A stretch of DNA of 64,000 nucleotides. Source: Herpetosiphon sp. NSE202 (GTDB taxonomy: Bacteria > Chloroflexota > Chloroflexia > Chloroflexales > Herpetosiphonaceae). The notes below the pieces were generated by a model, which was not told the DNA's origin, did not search any database, and saw only the letters and a program-made list of their open reading frames with translations. The DNA lies in the NCBI RefSeq assembly GCF_042688385.1, contig NZ_JBHUPY010000007.1:2110-66109 (forward strand), written 5' to 3'. The position numbers and the translations under genes are program-made. How positions within the stretch are numbered: position 1 is the stretch's first letter; every line of letters begins with the position of its first letter. This document shows positions 46,012 to 56,505 of the stretch, in pieces.

Positions 46012-46224
46012 GTTCCCTCACCCCCCAGCCCCCTCTCCCACTGGACGCGGGCGAGGGGGAGCACAATGGGCAAGCCAAGGAATGGTGCAAGAACCACAGC
46101 GTTAAAGCCCCTCGCCCGTTGGACGGGAGTCATTCGAGATAGAAACCGCTATCTACAATTGGACGAACCACAGCGTTAAAGCCCCTCGCCCGTCCAACGG
46201 GCGAGGGGTTGGGGTGAGGGGATT
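46012..46224. repeat. PE-family element with a duplicated internal arm
   Basis: ccctcaccccccagccccctctcccactggacgcgggcgaggggg ... gttaaagcccctcgcccg (x2) ... gggcgaggggttggggtgagggg. Confidence 0.8.
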
Positions 46225-46458
46225 TTCAAATCTTACCCTTGGAAGTTTCTCTTACCTCGATTTCACTCAACGCTGAAGAAAAATTGGCGTGAGGGGAACT
46301 TATTTCAATCATTGACGTTATTCCTGCATAGGCATATGCGATTTTATTGATATGCCTTCGATTTACTTAGGTTGGGGGGTGCAATGAGGGAGGAATTGGG
46401 TTGATCATGGCCAACACCAGGCCCAGATTCTTGCAGCAGTATTCGGGACATACTGCCT

Positions 46459-48408
46459 TTGGAGGTATTAGTGGTTCATCGTTTGCTTCGTTGTAGCCTG
46501 CTCCTTGCGTTTGTCGTTGGAGCTATCGCCAGCCATCGCGCCACTCCGCTGGCCGCCCAAAGCCCACAGTCTAGCCCCAGCCAATTGGCAATTACTGGCC
46601 AAATTGGCGGCGACAGCTCGACCATGGTCGTTGCCGCCAACGCAGCCTATGTTGGCATCGGCCCCCGAATCGCCACCTATGATCTTAGCAACCCCGATCA
46701 GCCAAGCCTCTACAACCAAAGCGACATCTTACCAGCCACGGTGCAAGATTTAGCGCTTGGCGATGGATATTTGTACGCTGCCTTGGGCTATGGCCGCGAG
46801 CATGGCTTAGCAACCTTTTCATTAGCCACGCCGCTCACCCCAACCTTGGTCAGCTTTTATCAACTCGAATTATCGGCCATGACAGTTTTCAGCTATCAAA
46901 ATTATGTCTATGTGCAAGTTGATGATGGCTTGAAGGTATTTGACCTGACGAATCCGCGTCAACCACAGCTGGTCAATCAACTCAACCAGTATGGGATTGC
47001 CAACGTCACGATTCAAGGCAATCAGGCATTTTTGAACATTCAATCGTGGCTTGCTGGTTTCGATAGCCTCGATATTCTCGATTTGAGCGAGCCAATGACC
47101 CCAACGCTCAAAAGTTCAACTACGCTGGGCGATATTTTAGATATTGAAATTACCAATGATTTTGCGTATGTCAATACCCAACTAGGCCTGCGGGTGGTTG
47201 ATATTCGCAATGCGAGCAACCCAAGCATCATCAACCAAACCGATGCTGTTGCTGGCATGCAACTCGCAGTAAGCGATAATACCCTCGCCATGATTGGGCT
47301 GGATTTTGCCTTACACACCTGGGACATCACCAATCCCATCACGCCGACCGAAATCGCCGCCAGTAGCGAAACGATTCTTGGCTGGCCAACCAACTTAATT
47401 GCCAAACAACAACGTGGCTATGTGCTGACCCGTTCAGGCCAGCTGAATGTGTTCGATTGGAGCAATCGCCAAGCGCCCACACGGCTTACCCACAGCGAAA
47501 CCCCTGGTTGTAAAGAAAATGTGGCCTTGCAAGTCGTCGGCGATTATGCCTATGTTGCCGATTGGGGGCGTGGTTTGTGTATCGTCGATTTGCGCAACCC
47601 CAACCAACCAACGGTCGTTGGGCGCTTCGACCTCACAACCGAGCGCAATGCAGTCAGCGATATTGCCGTCCAAGGCTCATTGGTCTATATGGTCGATTGG
47701 AGCCATGGCATTTATGTGATCGATGTCAGCGACCCGACCGCACCAATCCAAGTCAGCTTCTTTACAACTGCTGGCTTTCCGGCGGCAATTGCGGTCAACG
47801 GCCCAATGGTCTATGTTGGCGAGTCGATCAACGATCAAGGGGTTGGTGGCAGCGTACGAATTTTTGATCTGACGGATTTGGCTAATCCAGTTGAGCACAG
47901 CCAGTTTTACACCAGCAAGGTTGCTCAACTCGCGGTGGTTGATCAAACCCTGTATGTGGCAGATAACGAGGGCGGCTTGCGGATTCTCGATGTGCGCAAC
48001 CCAGACAATATTCAAATGCTCGGCCAATATGCCGATAATTGGTTTGCGATGGATGTGGCAATCCAGGATAACCTTGCCTTTGTAGCAACCACCGCAGGCC
48101 TCGAAATTGTCGATATTAGCGACTCAACAGCGCCAACCGCAGTTAGCCGCTTGGAAAGTAGCTTGGTTGATGGCGTTGTGGTTGCCGATGATCAGCTGTA
48201 TATTGGCGTAGATGGTGGCATTCAGCAAATCGATATTCGCCAGCCAAGCAACCCCCAAATTGTTGCCAATTTACTGCTCGCTCGCGATTCGTGGATTCTG
48301 CCAGCGTTGCATGACGAGGCGATTGTGGCGCTAAGCTATCATGGTGGTGGCATGTTTGTGATTCGTGAACAACATCAACTCTTTCTGCCCGTTGTAAGCA
48401 AAAACTAA
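46459..48408 (+). CDS. Secreted LVIVD-repeat beta-propeller protein
   Basis: N-terminal signal peptide. Repeated GL(C/R)I(V/L)D(L/V)xNPxxP motifs (GLCIVDLRNPNQP, GIYVIDVSDPTAP, GLRILDVRNPDN, GLEIVDISDSTAP) match the LVIVD repeat. The start is ATG 46459 or GTG 46471. Confidence 0.75.
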   Translation: MEVLVVHRLLRCSLLLAFVVGAIASHRATPLAAQSPQSSPSQLAITGQIGGDSSTMVVAANAAYVGIGPRIATYDLSNPDQPSLYNQSDILPATVQDLALGDGYLYAALGYGREHGLATFSLATPLTPTLVSFYQLELSAMTVFSYQNYVYVQVDDGLKVFDLTNPRQPQLVNQLNQYGIANVTIQGNQAFLNIQSWLAGFDSLDILDLSEPMTPTLKSSTTLGDILDIEITNDFAYVNTQLGLRVVDIRNASNPSIINQTDAVAGMQLAVSDNTLAMIGLDFALHTWDITNPITPTEIAASSETILGWPTNLIAKQQRGYVLTRSGQLNVFDWSNRQAPTRLTHSETPGCKENVALQVVGDYAYVADWGRGLCIVDLRNPNQPTVVGRFDLTTERNAVSDIAVQGSLVYMVDWSHGIYVIDVSDPTAPIQVSFFTTAGFPAAIAVNGPMVYVGESINDQGVGGSVRIFDLTDLANPVEHSQFYTSKVAQLAVVDQTLYVADNEGGLRILDVRNPDNIQMLGQYADNWFAMDVAIQDNLAFVATTAGLEIVDISDSTAPTAVSRLESSLVDGVVVADDQLYIGVDGGIQQIDIRQPSNPQIVANLLLARDSWILPALHDEAIVALSYHGGGMFVIREQHQLFLPVVSKN

Positions 48409-48425
48409 ATTAACCAGCGAATAAG

Positions 48426-48475
48426 CAACTGTTGGCGCACAATCTGCTAGAGATTGGGCCAACAGTTGCTGCTTT
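48426..48475 (+). terminator. Hairpin terminator after the LVIVD gene
   Basis: gcaactgttggc ...23-nt loop... gccaacagttgc followed by tgctttta. Confidence 0.45.
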
Positions 48476-48674
48476 TAAGCATTTAACAAAAAACTTGCGT
48501 ATTTTGCACGAAGCTATGTTATAATGGCCCAAAGGTGCCGTTAGGAGGCACTACCACTGTGAAGAACCTCGTCGCTTGATGCACGTATTATCGTTCGGAT
48601 GTCCGCTGTACTCCCGATCATTCAAGCATGCACTGACGACCCCAACAGTAAGAACCACGACCTGTGGAGTAATA

Positions 48675-50927
48675 ATGGAACGTTTACATAAGTTTTTGGC
48701 GCGGGCCGGCGTAGATTCACGTCGGGCTTGCGAAGATTTGATGTTGGCTGGACGCGTATCGGTTAATGGGCGCGTTCAACGCGAATTAGGAACCCAGATC
48801 GACCCCGATAAAGATGACATTCGAGTTGATGGCGAACGAATTACCCCGCCAACCGAGCTTCATTACGTCTTATTGAACAAGCCAAGCAGCGTCATGACCA
48901 CGCTCAGTGACCCTGAAGGCCGCCAAACAGTCGCCGATTTGGTTAAATCACACAATCGTTTGTTTCCCGTAGGTCGCCTCGATTACGATAGCGAAGGGCT
49001 ATTGTTGATGACCGATGATGGCGATCTGACCTTTCGTTTGACCCACCCATCGTTTGAAGTCGAAAAAGAATATCAGGCCTTGTTAAATCAGACTCCATCA
49101 GTCGAGCAGTTGCGCGAGTGGCGCAATGGGGTTGAGCTTGACGATGGCAAAACCGCACCCGCTTGGATCGAAATGTTGAATGAAACACCCGATGGGACAT
49201 GGGTTCGGGTGGTTATTCACGAAGGCCGGAACCGCCAAATTCGCCGCGTGGCCGAAGCCCTTGGCCTCGAAGTCCGCCGCTTGATTCGCTTGCGCGAAGG
49301 CCCGCTCAGTTTAGGCGAATTAAAACCAGGTGAATGGCGTGCATTAACGCCAACCGAAATCGACCGCTTGCGCATGCACGGCAAGCAAAGCAAAGCTTGG
49401 ACTCCTGTCCGCCCACAAGAGAACGCCGAGGGTGGCAAACAGCGCCGCCAAGTGCGCCGCATTGATCGGTCTGGACAGTTGGTAGAACGTCGGGCTGATG
49501 TTGAACCGCGCTTACAACGAGCGCCTCACTTTACTTCACAGGAAAATACAATGTCATTTGAAGATTTCTCAATCGAAGAAGAACGCGCTAACGCCGATCG
49601 CCCAAGCCGTCGCCCAGAACCTCGCCGCGAAGGTGGATTTAGCGACCGTGGCCCCCGCCGTGATGGTGGCAGCCCCAGCGACCGTGGCCCCCGCCGTGAT
49701 TTTGGTGAGCGTGGCCCCCGCCGCGAAGGTGGATTTGGTGAGCGTGGCCCTCGCCGCGAAGGTGGCGATTTCGGTGACCGTGGCCCACGCCGCGAAGGTG
49801 GATTTAGCGAACGCGGCCCGCGTCGTGAAGGCGGTTTTGGCGAGCGCGGCCCACGTCGTGAAGGTGGCGGTTTTGGCGAACGTGGTCCACGCCGCGAAGG
49901 TGGCGATTTCGGTGACCGTGGCCCCCGCCGCGAAGGTGGCGGTTTTGGCGAACGTGGTCCACGCCGCGAAGGCGGCTTTGGCGAACGCGGTCCTCGCCGT
50001 GAAGGCGGCGATTTTGGCGAACGCGGCCTGCGCCGTGAAGGTGGATTTAGTGACCGTGGCCCTCGTCGCGAAGGTGGCGATTTCGGCGAACGCGGTCCTC
50101 GTCGCGATTTTGGTGACCGTGGCCCGCGCCGTGAAGGCGGCTTTGGCGAACGCGGCCCGCGCCGCGAAGGTGGCGATTTCGGTGACCGTGGCCCGCGCCG
50201 TGAAGGCGGCTTTGGCGAACGCGGTCCTCGTCGTGAAGGCGGCGGTTTTGGCGAACGCGGTCCTCGTCGTGAAGGCGGCGGTTTTGGCGAACGCGGTCCT
50301 CGTCGTGAAGGCGGCTTTGGCAAACGCGGCCCGCGCCGTGAAGGTGGCGGCTTTGGTGACCGTGGCCCGCGCCGTGAAGGTGGCGGCTTTGGTGACCGTG
50401 GCCCGCGCCGTGAAGGCGGCGGTTTTGGCGAACGCGGCCCGCGCCGTGAAGGCGGCGGCTTTGGTGACCGTGGCCCACGTCGCGATGCAAGTGGCTTCGA
50501 TCGCACCAATCGGCGCGAAGAATTTTTCGATGATCGACCCCGTGGCGAGCGCGGCTTAGCCCTTGATCGGGCGCATCGTGGCGATGATCGGCCTAAAAAT
50601 ACCTTTGGTGGTGGCCGACGCTCAAATAATCAAGGCTCGTTTGAACGCCGTGGCTTTGACAATCGTGGCCGCGATGATCGCCGTGGCTTTGATAACCGTG
50701 GCCGTGACGACCGCCGTGGCTTTGATGATCGCTCAGCTCCACGCCGCGATCAAGCTCCACGCCGTGATCAAGCCCCACGCGAAAATATCGCTGATCGTGG
50801 GCCAATTACTGCGCGGAATAACCCAGCACCTACGCCAGCGCCAAGCACTGAACAATCGGCTCAACCAGCACGTCGCATGCGCGTCGTTCGGCGTTTGAAA
50901 AAGGCAGGCGGTGATGAACAAGCTTAA
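48675..50927 (+). CDS. rluB: RluB-like pseudouridine synthase (S4 plus RsuA catalytic domain) with a repetitive Arg/Gly-rich C-terminal tail of about 470 aa
   Basis: GGAG sits 5 nt before the ATG at 48675. The S4 domain begins [23 protein letters not shown]. The catalytic region has [21 protein letters not shown] and the conserved Asp. After about residue 280 there are roughly 35 copies of (G)[12 protein letters not shown]. Confidence 0.85.
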   Translation: MERLHKFLARAGVDSRRACEDLMLAGRVSVNGRVQRELGTQIDPDKDDIRVDGERITPPTELHYVLLNKPSSVMTTLSDPEGRQTVADLVKSHNRLFPVGRLDYDSEGLLLMTDDGDLTFRLTHPSFEVEKEYQALLNQTPSVEQLREWRNGVELDDGKTAPAWIEMLNETPDGTWVRVVIHEGRNRQIRRVAEALGLEVRRLIRLREGPLSLGELKPGEWRALTPTEIDRLRMHGKQSKAWTPVRPQENAEGGKQRRQVRRIDRSGQLVERRADVEPRLQRAPHFTSQENTMSFEDFSIEEERANADRPSRRPEPRREGGFSDRGPRRDGGSPSDRGPRRDFGERGPRREGGFGERGPRREGGDFGDRGPRREGGFSERGPRREGGFGERGPRREGGGFGERGPRREGGDFGDRGPRREGGGFGERGPRREGGFGERGPRREGGDFGERGLRREGGFSDRGPRREGGDFGERGPRRDFGDRGPRREGGFGERGPRREGGDFGDRGPRREGGFGERGPRREGGGFGERGPRREGGGFGERGPRREGGFGKRGPRREGGGFGDRGPRREGGGFGDRGPRREGGGFGERGPRREGGGFGDRGPRRDASGFDRTNRREEFFDDRPRGERGLALDRAHRGDDRPKNTFGGGRRSNNQGSFERRGFDNRGRDDRRGFDNRGRDDRRGFDDRSAPRRDQAPRRDQAPRENIADRGPITARNNPAPTPAPSTEQSAQPARRMRVVRRLKKAGGDEQA
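49600..50500 (+). repeat. Intragenic tandem repeat of 39/42 nt (cgtggcccccgccgcgaaggtggatttggtgag...) encoding ([12 protein letters not shown])n
   Basis: All three frames and the antisense are open across this region (spurious ORFs 49498..50559 and 49526..50509), which is diagnostic of short-period in-frame repeats. Confidence 0.85.
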
Positions 50928-51171
50928 ACAGGCCTTTCTCCAATTAGCAGTTGAACGCGATCGCACGCGGCGGCAAGCGCAACGCTACGCCGCTGAATCG
51001 CAACGTTGGCTTGAACGAATTGCGCTCGCAAAACGCTATGATGAGCCAGAATTGGCCCGTCAAGCTCGCGAACGCGCATTGCAAACCGCCCAAGCCGAAA
51101 TTCAACTGCGAACTGAATTAGCACGCCAAGACGTGCTCTTCGATCAATTGGCAGCGAGTCTCCAAGCTTAA
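50914..51171 (+). CDS. Small coiled-coil protein with a PspA/IM30-like motif
   Basis: [26 protein letters not shown] resembles the PspA central helix (W..KAE.AL.KG.EDLAR.AL). Its start overlaps the rluB stop. A strong terminator lies downstream. Confidence 0.45.
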   Translation: MNKLKQAFLQLAVERDRTRRQAQRYAAESQRWLERIALAKRYDEPELARQARERALQTAQAEIQLRTELARQDVLFDQLAASLQA

Positions 51172-51186
51172 TTCATCATTATTCCA

Positions 51187-51227
51187 AAGCACCAAACACT
51201 GCTTGAAGTTCAAGCAGTGTTTGGCAT
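51187..51227 (+). terminator. Rho-independent terminator
   Basis: caaacactgcttgaa-g-ttcaagcagtgtttg is a perfect 15-bp stem followed by cattta. Confidence 0.55.
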
Positions 51228-51325
51228 TTAACAAACTATGCTAAAATTCAGGCAGCATTCAGCATCCTTAGAGGAAGGAGCAACCTATCCGACGCATATC
51301 TTGGTCTTCAGCTTATTGGTGGCCA

Positions 51326-52840
51326 TTGCTCTTTTTCGCTCTCGCGATGGCTGGCGGCAGTTTATGGCTGGTCAATCCTGAAGATTTCTGGTGGCATCTC
51401 AAAATTGGCGATCTCATTCGTGAAACAGGCACGATTCCCGAGGTTGGGCTTTTTTCTGCCACCCAAGCCAATACCCCATTTTTCTATCAAAGCTGGTTGG
51501 CTGAAGTTATTTTTTCGTGGACATATCAGCTTGGTGGATTAGTGGCAATTTTACAATTGCGCAATATGTTATTAATTGCAACCTACGGATTATTACTCTG
51601 GCATAGCCTCCGCCGAGCAAAAGGCAATGGTCGCGCTGCCATGCTTGGCCTCGTATTTATGGTAATCGTCGCATTCAATAATTGGAATGTTCGGCCACAA
51701 ATGTTTTCATGGCTGCTTTTTGCTGCAACCTTTGTGATTGTCAGCGAAGTTGCCACTGAACGCTGGTCGACTAAAGCCTTATGGCTGCTGCCAATCATTG
51801 AAGTAGCGTGGGTTAACCTACATGGCGCGTTTACGCTTGGGCCGATTCTGGTCGGCGCAGCAGCAGTTGGCGCAATCATCGATCGGCGGCGCGATCATCC
51901 TGAAGCGCCAATTTACGCGACAATGCGGGCACTCTGGCTGGCCTTTGCAGCAATGCTTGCAGCAACCCTGATCAATCCCCGGGGCTGGGGAGTTTTAGTC
52001 TATGTCGGGAAGCTGTTAACCGATCCATCGAGCCAAGAACTTATCAGCGAATGGGCTTCGCCTTTATCCACCCTGAGCAAACCCGTTTCGCAGTTTTTGC
52101 TTGCAGTAGTCTTTATTGCTGTGGTCATGATCGTGGTGGTTTGGAAAAAAATGCGCACTGCTGATCTCTTGATCATCGGCACAATGATTGGATTAACCTT
52201 GACTGGCATTCGCTATCAGCTGTGGTTTGGCATGGTCGCAGGCCCAATTATCGCCGAAGCCTTGGTCCAGCGCGGACGTTTGAAATTGATCAAGCGCAAT
52301 CCCCCCGCACCCAAAGCAATTGCCTGGTTAACGATCGCGCTGGCTGTCGTTGGCTTGCTGGTGCAGCCACTCATTCGGATTTGGTTGCCAATACCTGCTG
52401 CATTAAATGGCGCAAGCGGCGATTTGCCTTATGCCGAATTAGCCACCGCAGCAACGCCAATTCAAGCAGTAGCCTTTCTGCAAGCCAACCCACCAAGCCA
52501 AGCCTATTATCATGAAATGCGCTATAGCAGCTATTTGATCTGGCAGGCTGGCGAACAATTGCCAGTGTTTGTTGATACGCGGGTTGAGTTGTACCCAATT
52601 GCCCAATGGAATGAATATAAGTGCATTATGGCGGGCAATGATTGGGAACGCCTCTTAGCGAAATATACGATGAATACCATTATGGTTGATCGCGAAATCG
52701 GCAAAGATCTGGTTAGCGCCGTCCAAGCCAACCCCGCGTGGCAAGAGGTTTACGCCGATCAACAAACCTTGATTTACGAGCGCGATTCGCAAATTGCCCA
52801 ACCATCCAATCAGCCAGTTCTCTGTCCTGCAACCAATTAG
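51326..52840 (+). CDS. Polytopic membrane protein, putative GT-C-type glycosyl/arabinosyl-transferase-like; start uncertain
   Basis: More than 10 TM helices. The N-terminal motif NPEDFWWHLKIGDLI is typical of DUF2079/GT-C-like membrane proteins. The start is TTG 51326 or ATG 51347. Confidence 0.45.
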   Translation: MLFFALAMAGGSLWLVNPEDFWWHLKIGDLIRETGTIPEVGLFSATQANTPFFYQSWLAEVIFSWTYQLGGLVAILQLRNMLLIATYGLLLWHSLRRAKGNGRAAMLGLVFMVIVAFNNWNVRPQMFSWLLFAATFVIVSEVATERWSTKALWLLPIIEVAWVNLHGAFTLGPILVGAAAVGAIIDRRRDHPEAPIYATMRALWLAFAAMLAATLINPRGWGVLVYVGKLLTDPSSQELISEWASPLSTLSKPVSQFLLAVVFIAVVMIVVVWKKMRTADLLIIGTMIGLTLTGIRYQLWFGMVAGPIIAEALVQRGRLKLIKRNPPAPKAIAWLTIALAVVGLLVQPLIRIWLPIPAALNGASGDLPYAELATAATPIQAVAFLQANPPSQAYYHEMRYSSYLIWQAGEQLPVFVDTRVELYPIAQWNEYKCIMAGNDWERLLAKYTMNTIMVDREIGKDLVSAVQANPAWQEVYADQQTLIYERDSQIAQPSNQPVLCPATN

Positions 52841-52854
52841 TACAAGGAAATTGC

Positions 52855-53139
52855 ATGCAACCGTCTGATCAGCAGCCACGTTCGCTCAATCGTGCCAACT
52901 TAAGCCCCGAAGAGCGCAAATTGCGCCGTTCGATCGCTTTGGCAATGCTTTTTTCGCCAACCATGTGTGTCTTGCCATTATTGGCTTTTACCGCAGGTCA
53001 AAGTAAGTATGGCGTGGTGATTTGGGCCGTCTGGTTGCTGATCACAATTGCTTTAGTGGCAGTTATTTGGCGGGCTGCAAGCGGGCTGCGCAAAATCGCC
53101 GAACAACGGCTACACAACGAATCAACATCCAATAACTAA
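52855..53139 (+). CDS. Small membrane protein (94 aa, two TM helices)
   Basis: AAGGA lies before the ATG at 52855. A terminator hairpin follows. Confidence 0.4.
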   Translation: MQPSDQQPRSLNRANLSPEERKLRRSIALAMLFSPTMCVLPLLAFTAGQSKYGVVIWAVWLLITIALVAVIWRAASGLRKIAEQRLHNESTSNN

Positions 53140-53146
53140 ACCAAAA

Positions 53147-53207
53147 CTGCATCTGCCTTGCTTGATTTCAACGAATAGAGGGCGATGCAGTTTTCTTTTT
53201 AGAATTG
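53147..53207 (+). terminator. Hairpin terminator
   Basis: aaaactgcatc ...loop... gatgcagtttt followed by cttttt. Confidence 0.45.
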
Positions 53208-53215
53208 GGTGGCTT

Positions 53216-53770
53216 ATGCTAGGACAATCGGTCGAGCGCAGTTTGTTGGTTATTGATGAAACTGATCAGCAGCTGGATTTACTGCAACGCTATCAGAACC
53301 GTTCAATGTTGTTAATGCTGATGCGCCATCTTGGCTGTGGCCTCTGCCGCCAACAGCTCTATCGCTTGCGCGACTATCAACAGCGCTTTGCAAATGCCGA
53401 TTGCGAAATTGCAATCATTACGATGGGCGATGCAGCCATGGCCAAGGGCTTTCGTCAGCTCAACCAGCTGCCATTTGCCGTCTATTCCGACCCCAAGCAA
53501 CAGGTCTACGAAGCCTTTGAAATTGGCCAAGGTTCGCTCTGGACGGTCGCAGGGCCACATGTTTTAGCCCGCCAAATGCTGCTAGCCTTCAAAGGCATTC
53601 CTTCATCGGTCAACCTTGCTGCCGAATCAATTCGCCGCCTTGGCGGAATCGTGTTGCTCAATCCGCAAGCAGAAATTGCCTTTCACCATGTTGCCAACCC
53701 AATTCATCGCTACCCGCCTTGGGAAGACATTTTGCACCTACTGGAACAGCCTCAACAACGAGCTGCTTAA
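53216..53770 (+). CDS. Thioredoxin-fold peroxiredoxin-like protein (AhpC/TSA_2-like), paralog 1
   Basis: MLLMLMRHLGCGLCRQQL has a CxxC motif. The downstream gene is a paralog (HHVANPIHRYPPWEDIL versus HHVANPIYRYPEWSSVL). Confidence 0.65.
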   Translation: MLGQSVERSLLVIDETDQQLDLLQRYQNRSMLLMLMRHLGCGLCRQQLYRLRDYQQRFANADCEIAIITMGDAAMAKGFRQLNQLPFAVYSDPKQQVYEAFEIGQGSLWTVAGPHVLARQMLLAFKGIPSSVNLAAESIRRLGGIVLLNPQAEIAFHHVANPIHRYPPWEDILHLLEQPQQRAA

Positions 53771-53842
53771 GCTGAATACATCCTTTTAGCGCTTGCTACA
53801 CGTAGGGTTAGATAGTGAATAGTGGAGCGCTAGGATACGATT

Positions 53843-54385
53843 ATGACAGCAGTAGCAACAACATCGATGGTCGATTTATGGATTTTAAATGAAGCAGGCG
53901 AACGAGTAGAATTTGAACAACTCTGGCAAGAAAAGCCGGTTTTGGTCTTTTTTATGCGCAATATTGGCTGTGGCATTTGCCGCCAAACGCTCTTGAAGCT
54001 GCGCGATCATGCTGCTGACTTCGAAAAGGCTGGGTGGCAAGTTGCGGTGCTGATGATGGGCAACGCCGAATTAGTGTCGCGATTCCGTTCGATGTATAAC
54101 ATTCCCTTCCCAATTTATATCGACCAAAGTTTGCAAGTGTACGATTATTTCGATATTGGCGAAGGTTCGTGGTTTGAAGTGCTCTCGCCACAAGTGTTGA
54201 TTCGCCAAGCGCGGCTGTTGGTTGGTGGCATGGAGTTGTTGAATGGCTCTGGCTCAATGCGCCGACTTGGGGGCACGGTCGCGATCAATCGGGCAGGCGA
54301 AGTTGTCTATCACCATGTCGCCAACCCAATTTATCGCTACCCAGAATGGTCAAGTGTCTTGCAGGCTTTGCCAAAGGCTAGCTAA
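53843..54385 (+). CDS. Thioredoxin-fold peroxiredoxin-like protein, paralog 2
   Basis: VLVFFMRNIGCGICRQTL has a CxxC motif. The C-terminus is near-identical to paralog 1. Confidence 0.65.
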   Translation: MTAVATTSMVDLWILNEAGERVEFEQLWQEKPVLVFFMRNIGCGICRQTLLKLRDHAADFEKAGWQVAVLMMGNAELVSRFRSMYNIPFPIYIDQSLQVYDYFDIGEGSWFEVLSPQVLIRQARLLVGGMELLNGSGSMRRLGGTVAINRAGEVVYHHVANPIYRYPEWSSVLQALPKAS

Positions 54386-55164
54386 AGCCAAACCAAGCCA
54401 TAGCTAATTAAGCCAGGTTGTTGCTGCAAACCAAGCTTTTGGGCCAGCCGATATGAAGCAAGATTTTTGCTTGAACATTCCCAATGGGCTTGCAGCCCAC
54501 GCCCGCGGCAGGCAGCAAGCATAGCGCTTGCCAAATGAAACCCTAAGCCTTGTTTTTGATAGGCTTCCAAGGTTTCGATGCCTAAGCCGCAGCGTTGCGC
54601 GCTTAGATATTCGGCGGTGCACCAGGCAACAATTGTTTGTTCAACACAGATTGCCAAACCCAAACCATTGGCTAAAAATCGCTCAAGGCTCGGCCACATC
54701 CAGCTAATTTCTTGGATAATTGGCTGAGCACTTGGCAGTTGCAAGAGTTCAGCATCAAGCTGGCGCAGTGCAAATTGGCTGGCCAATGGACTATTGACTA
54801 GGGTTTGCTCTTGATCGCGAAAGAAATAGCTGTTGCTTGGCTGGGCTTGGTAGGGGCTAAGCAAATCACTCAATTCTAGTTGGCTATTGCGCAGCAACCG
54901 CAGCTTAATCACATGGCGCGCTGGCATAGCGGGAACGACTGTTTGCAACCAGTGTTGGTTGAATTCAGCTTGATTGAGCGCACGCTCGCCCGCCAAATAC
55001 AGCACATTGTTAGCTTGATCCCAACAACTGCTCCAGGTTGCAGCGTGCCAGTAGCAGCCTTGCGAATTGCCAGCAGCCAGCGCGGCATAGACCAAGCCAA
55101 ATTGGGGATCAGGCGGAAAACGACGATCGTTGGCAAGTTCGGCTAAGGGTCGTTGTTCAATCAT
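54382..55164 (-). CDS. GNAT-family acetyltransferase
   Basis: The C-terminal lobe QKQGLGFHLASAML...LAQKLGL matches GNAT motif A/B. Confidence 0.65.
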   Translation of the reverse strand: MIEQRPLAELANDRRFPPDPQFGLVYAALAAGNSQGCYWHAATWSSCWDQANNVLYLAGERALNQAEFNQHWLQTVVPAMPARHVIKLRLLRNSQLELSDLLSPYQAQPSNSYFFRDQEQTLVNSPLASQFALRQLDAELLQLPSAQPIIQEISWMWPSLERFLANGLGLAICVEQTIVAWCTAEYLSAQRCGLGIETLEAYQKQGLGFHLASAMLAACRGRGLQAHWECSSKNLASYRLAQKLGLQQQPGLISYGLVWL

Positions 55165-55294
55165 CGCAACCTCATCTCGATTGATTAACCCTTAGCTTAC
55201 CACCATTATGTCTTTTCGATTGAGATCCACGCTCCGTTTCAGCATAATCAACTCAATGGATTGTTCCGATCAAGCTACGCTTCGCTGCTTGTTA

Positions 55295-56092
55295 TTAGGC
55301 AAATGCTTGCTGAGCCAAAGCCTTGGTTTCAACCCAATTGAGCGCATAATCGGCCACTTCTTGCCAGTTTGGCTGGCCCACAATATAGTGGTTGCGCCCA
55401 ACAAATTGCTTGAAATCGGTCAAACTTGGGCTGTGGCGATATTTGCGATAGTTGCTGTAATTCAGCGAGGCAGGAATAATATGGTCAATTTCGCCAGCAA
55501 TCAACAGCAGCGGCGCATGCTCGGCCTTGAAATCGACCTTGCTGACGCTGGTCAACGATTGACGCAAGTTTTTGAGCGATTCAGGCACAACTTGGCTTTG
55601 ATAAATTGCCTGTTGCTCGGCCAGTGGCATGCCATTAACAAACGTATATTGAAAATGCTCGAATGGCATCGAGTAGGGCTTGTTGGCTGAACGTAATGGA
55701 TTCATCATCGGCAAGGCCGATTTGATAAACGACCATTTGGTGCTGATCACGCCCTGCGGCGGCGCAGAATCGATCGCCACGCCAGCCCTAATTAATTGCC
55801 GATTCGCCAGAATTTGGGTAATCAGGCCGCCCATTGAGTGGCCAATGACAATTGGTTCTTCGGGCAGGCTCTGCACAAATTGAGCATGAAAATCGATACT
55901 TTCGCGTAAATCGTGCTGCGCCAAAGCTGGATCATTGGCCTGTTGCTGCAATGCAGCCACACTATGATCGCGGCCTGGCCAAGCAGGCGTTAAAACTGTA
56001 TAACCCTTGGCTTGATAGTGTTCAACCCATGGTTGCCATGAGTGCTTGGTAACAAATAAACCGTGAATCAACACAATCGTTGGCTTTGCCAT
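55295..56092 (-). CDS. Alpha/beta-fold hydrolase
   Basis: MAKPTIVLIHGLF...VIGHSMGG is the nucleophile elbow GxSxG. Confidence 0.8.
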   Translation of the reverse strand: MAKPTIVLIHGLFVTKHSWQPWVEHYQAKGYTVLTPAWPGRDHSVAALQQQANDPALAQHDLRESIDFHAQFVQSLPEEPIVIGHSMGGLITQILANRQLIRAGVAIDSAPPQGVISTKWSFIKSALPMMNPLRSANKPYSMPFEHFQYTFVNGMPLAEQQAIYQSQVVPESLKNLRQSLTSVSKVDFKAEHAPLLLIAGEIDHIIPASLNYSNYRKYRHSPSLTDFKQFVGRNHYIVGQPNWQEVADYALNWVETKALAQQAFA

Positions 56093-56195
56093 ATGAATCC
56101 ATCCATTTCTACAAAGCGATATTAGTCGCAACGCGATAGCTGAATGGATTCTAGCCCAGCCTCAAGGGACAAAATGTCCTTTGGCCATGTGTTAA

Positions 56196-56505
56196 AGAGC
56201 ATAGAACATAGAACATAGAACATAGAACATAGGGATTGCAGTATTGATCCACGAAGGGCACGAAGGCACACAAAGGATCGGAACCGCGAAGAACGCGAAG
56301 ATCGCGAAGTGTACGCAGGCTATAGGCGATAGGCTTTTGGCGATAGGCTTTTGGCTTTTGCTATTCCAACCCATGTCCGAAAGCCAATAGCCCAAAGCCT
56401 ATCGCCATCGGTTCTCTGCGCCTCTGCGTTAAAACCCGACCCCACGTTTTTCATCCTTCATCCTTCATCCTTCATCCTTCATCCTTCATCCCTCATCCCT
56501 TACTA
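56196..56505. repeat. Word-mosaic element ((catagaac)x4 ... gatccacgaaggg, cgcgaag, (ggcgataggcttttg)x2, ctctgcgcctctgcgttaaaa, (ttcatcc)x7)
   Basis: Shares modules with the other copies and has simple-repeat termini. Confidence 0.8.

Noticed and set aside
49498-50559. Alternate-frame ORFs (plus 353 aa, minus 327 aa, minus 147 aa) across the rluB tail
   Set aside because: They are open only because of the in-frame 39-nt tandem repeats. Their translations are periodic low-complexity ([14 protein letters not shown]) with no start context. The rluB frame is continuous with the catalytic domain.
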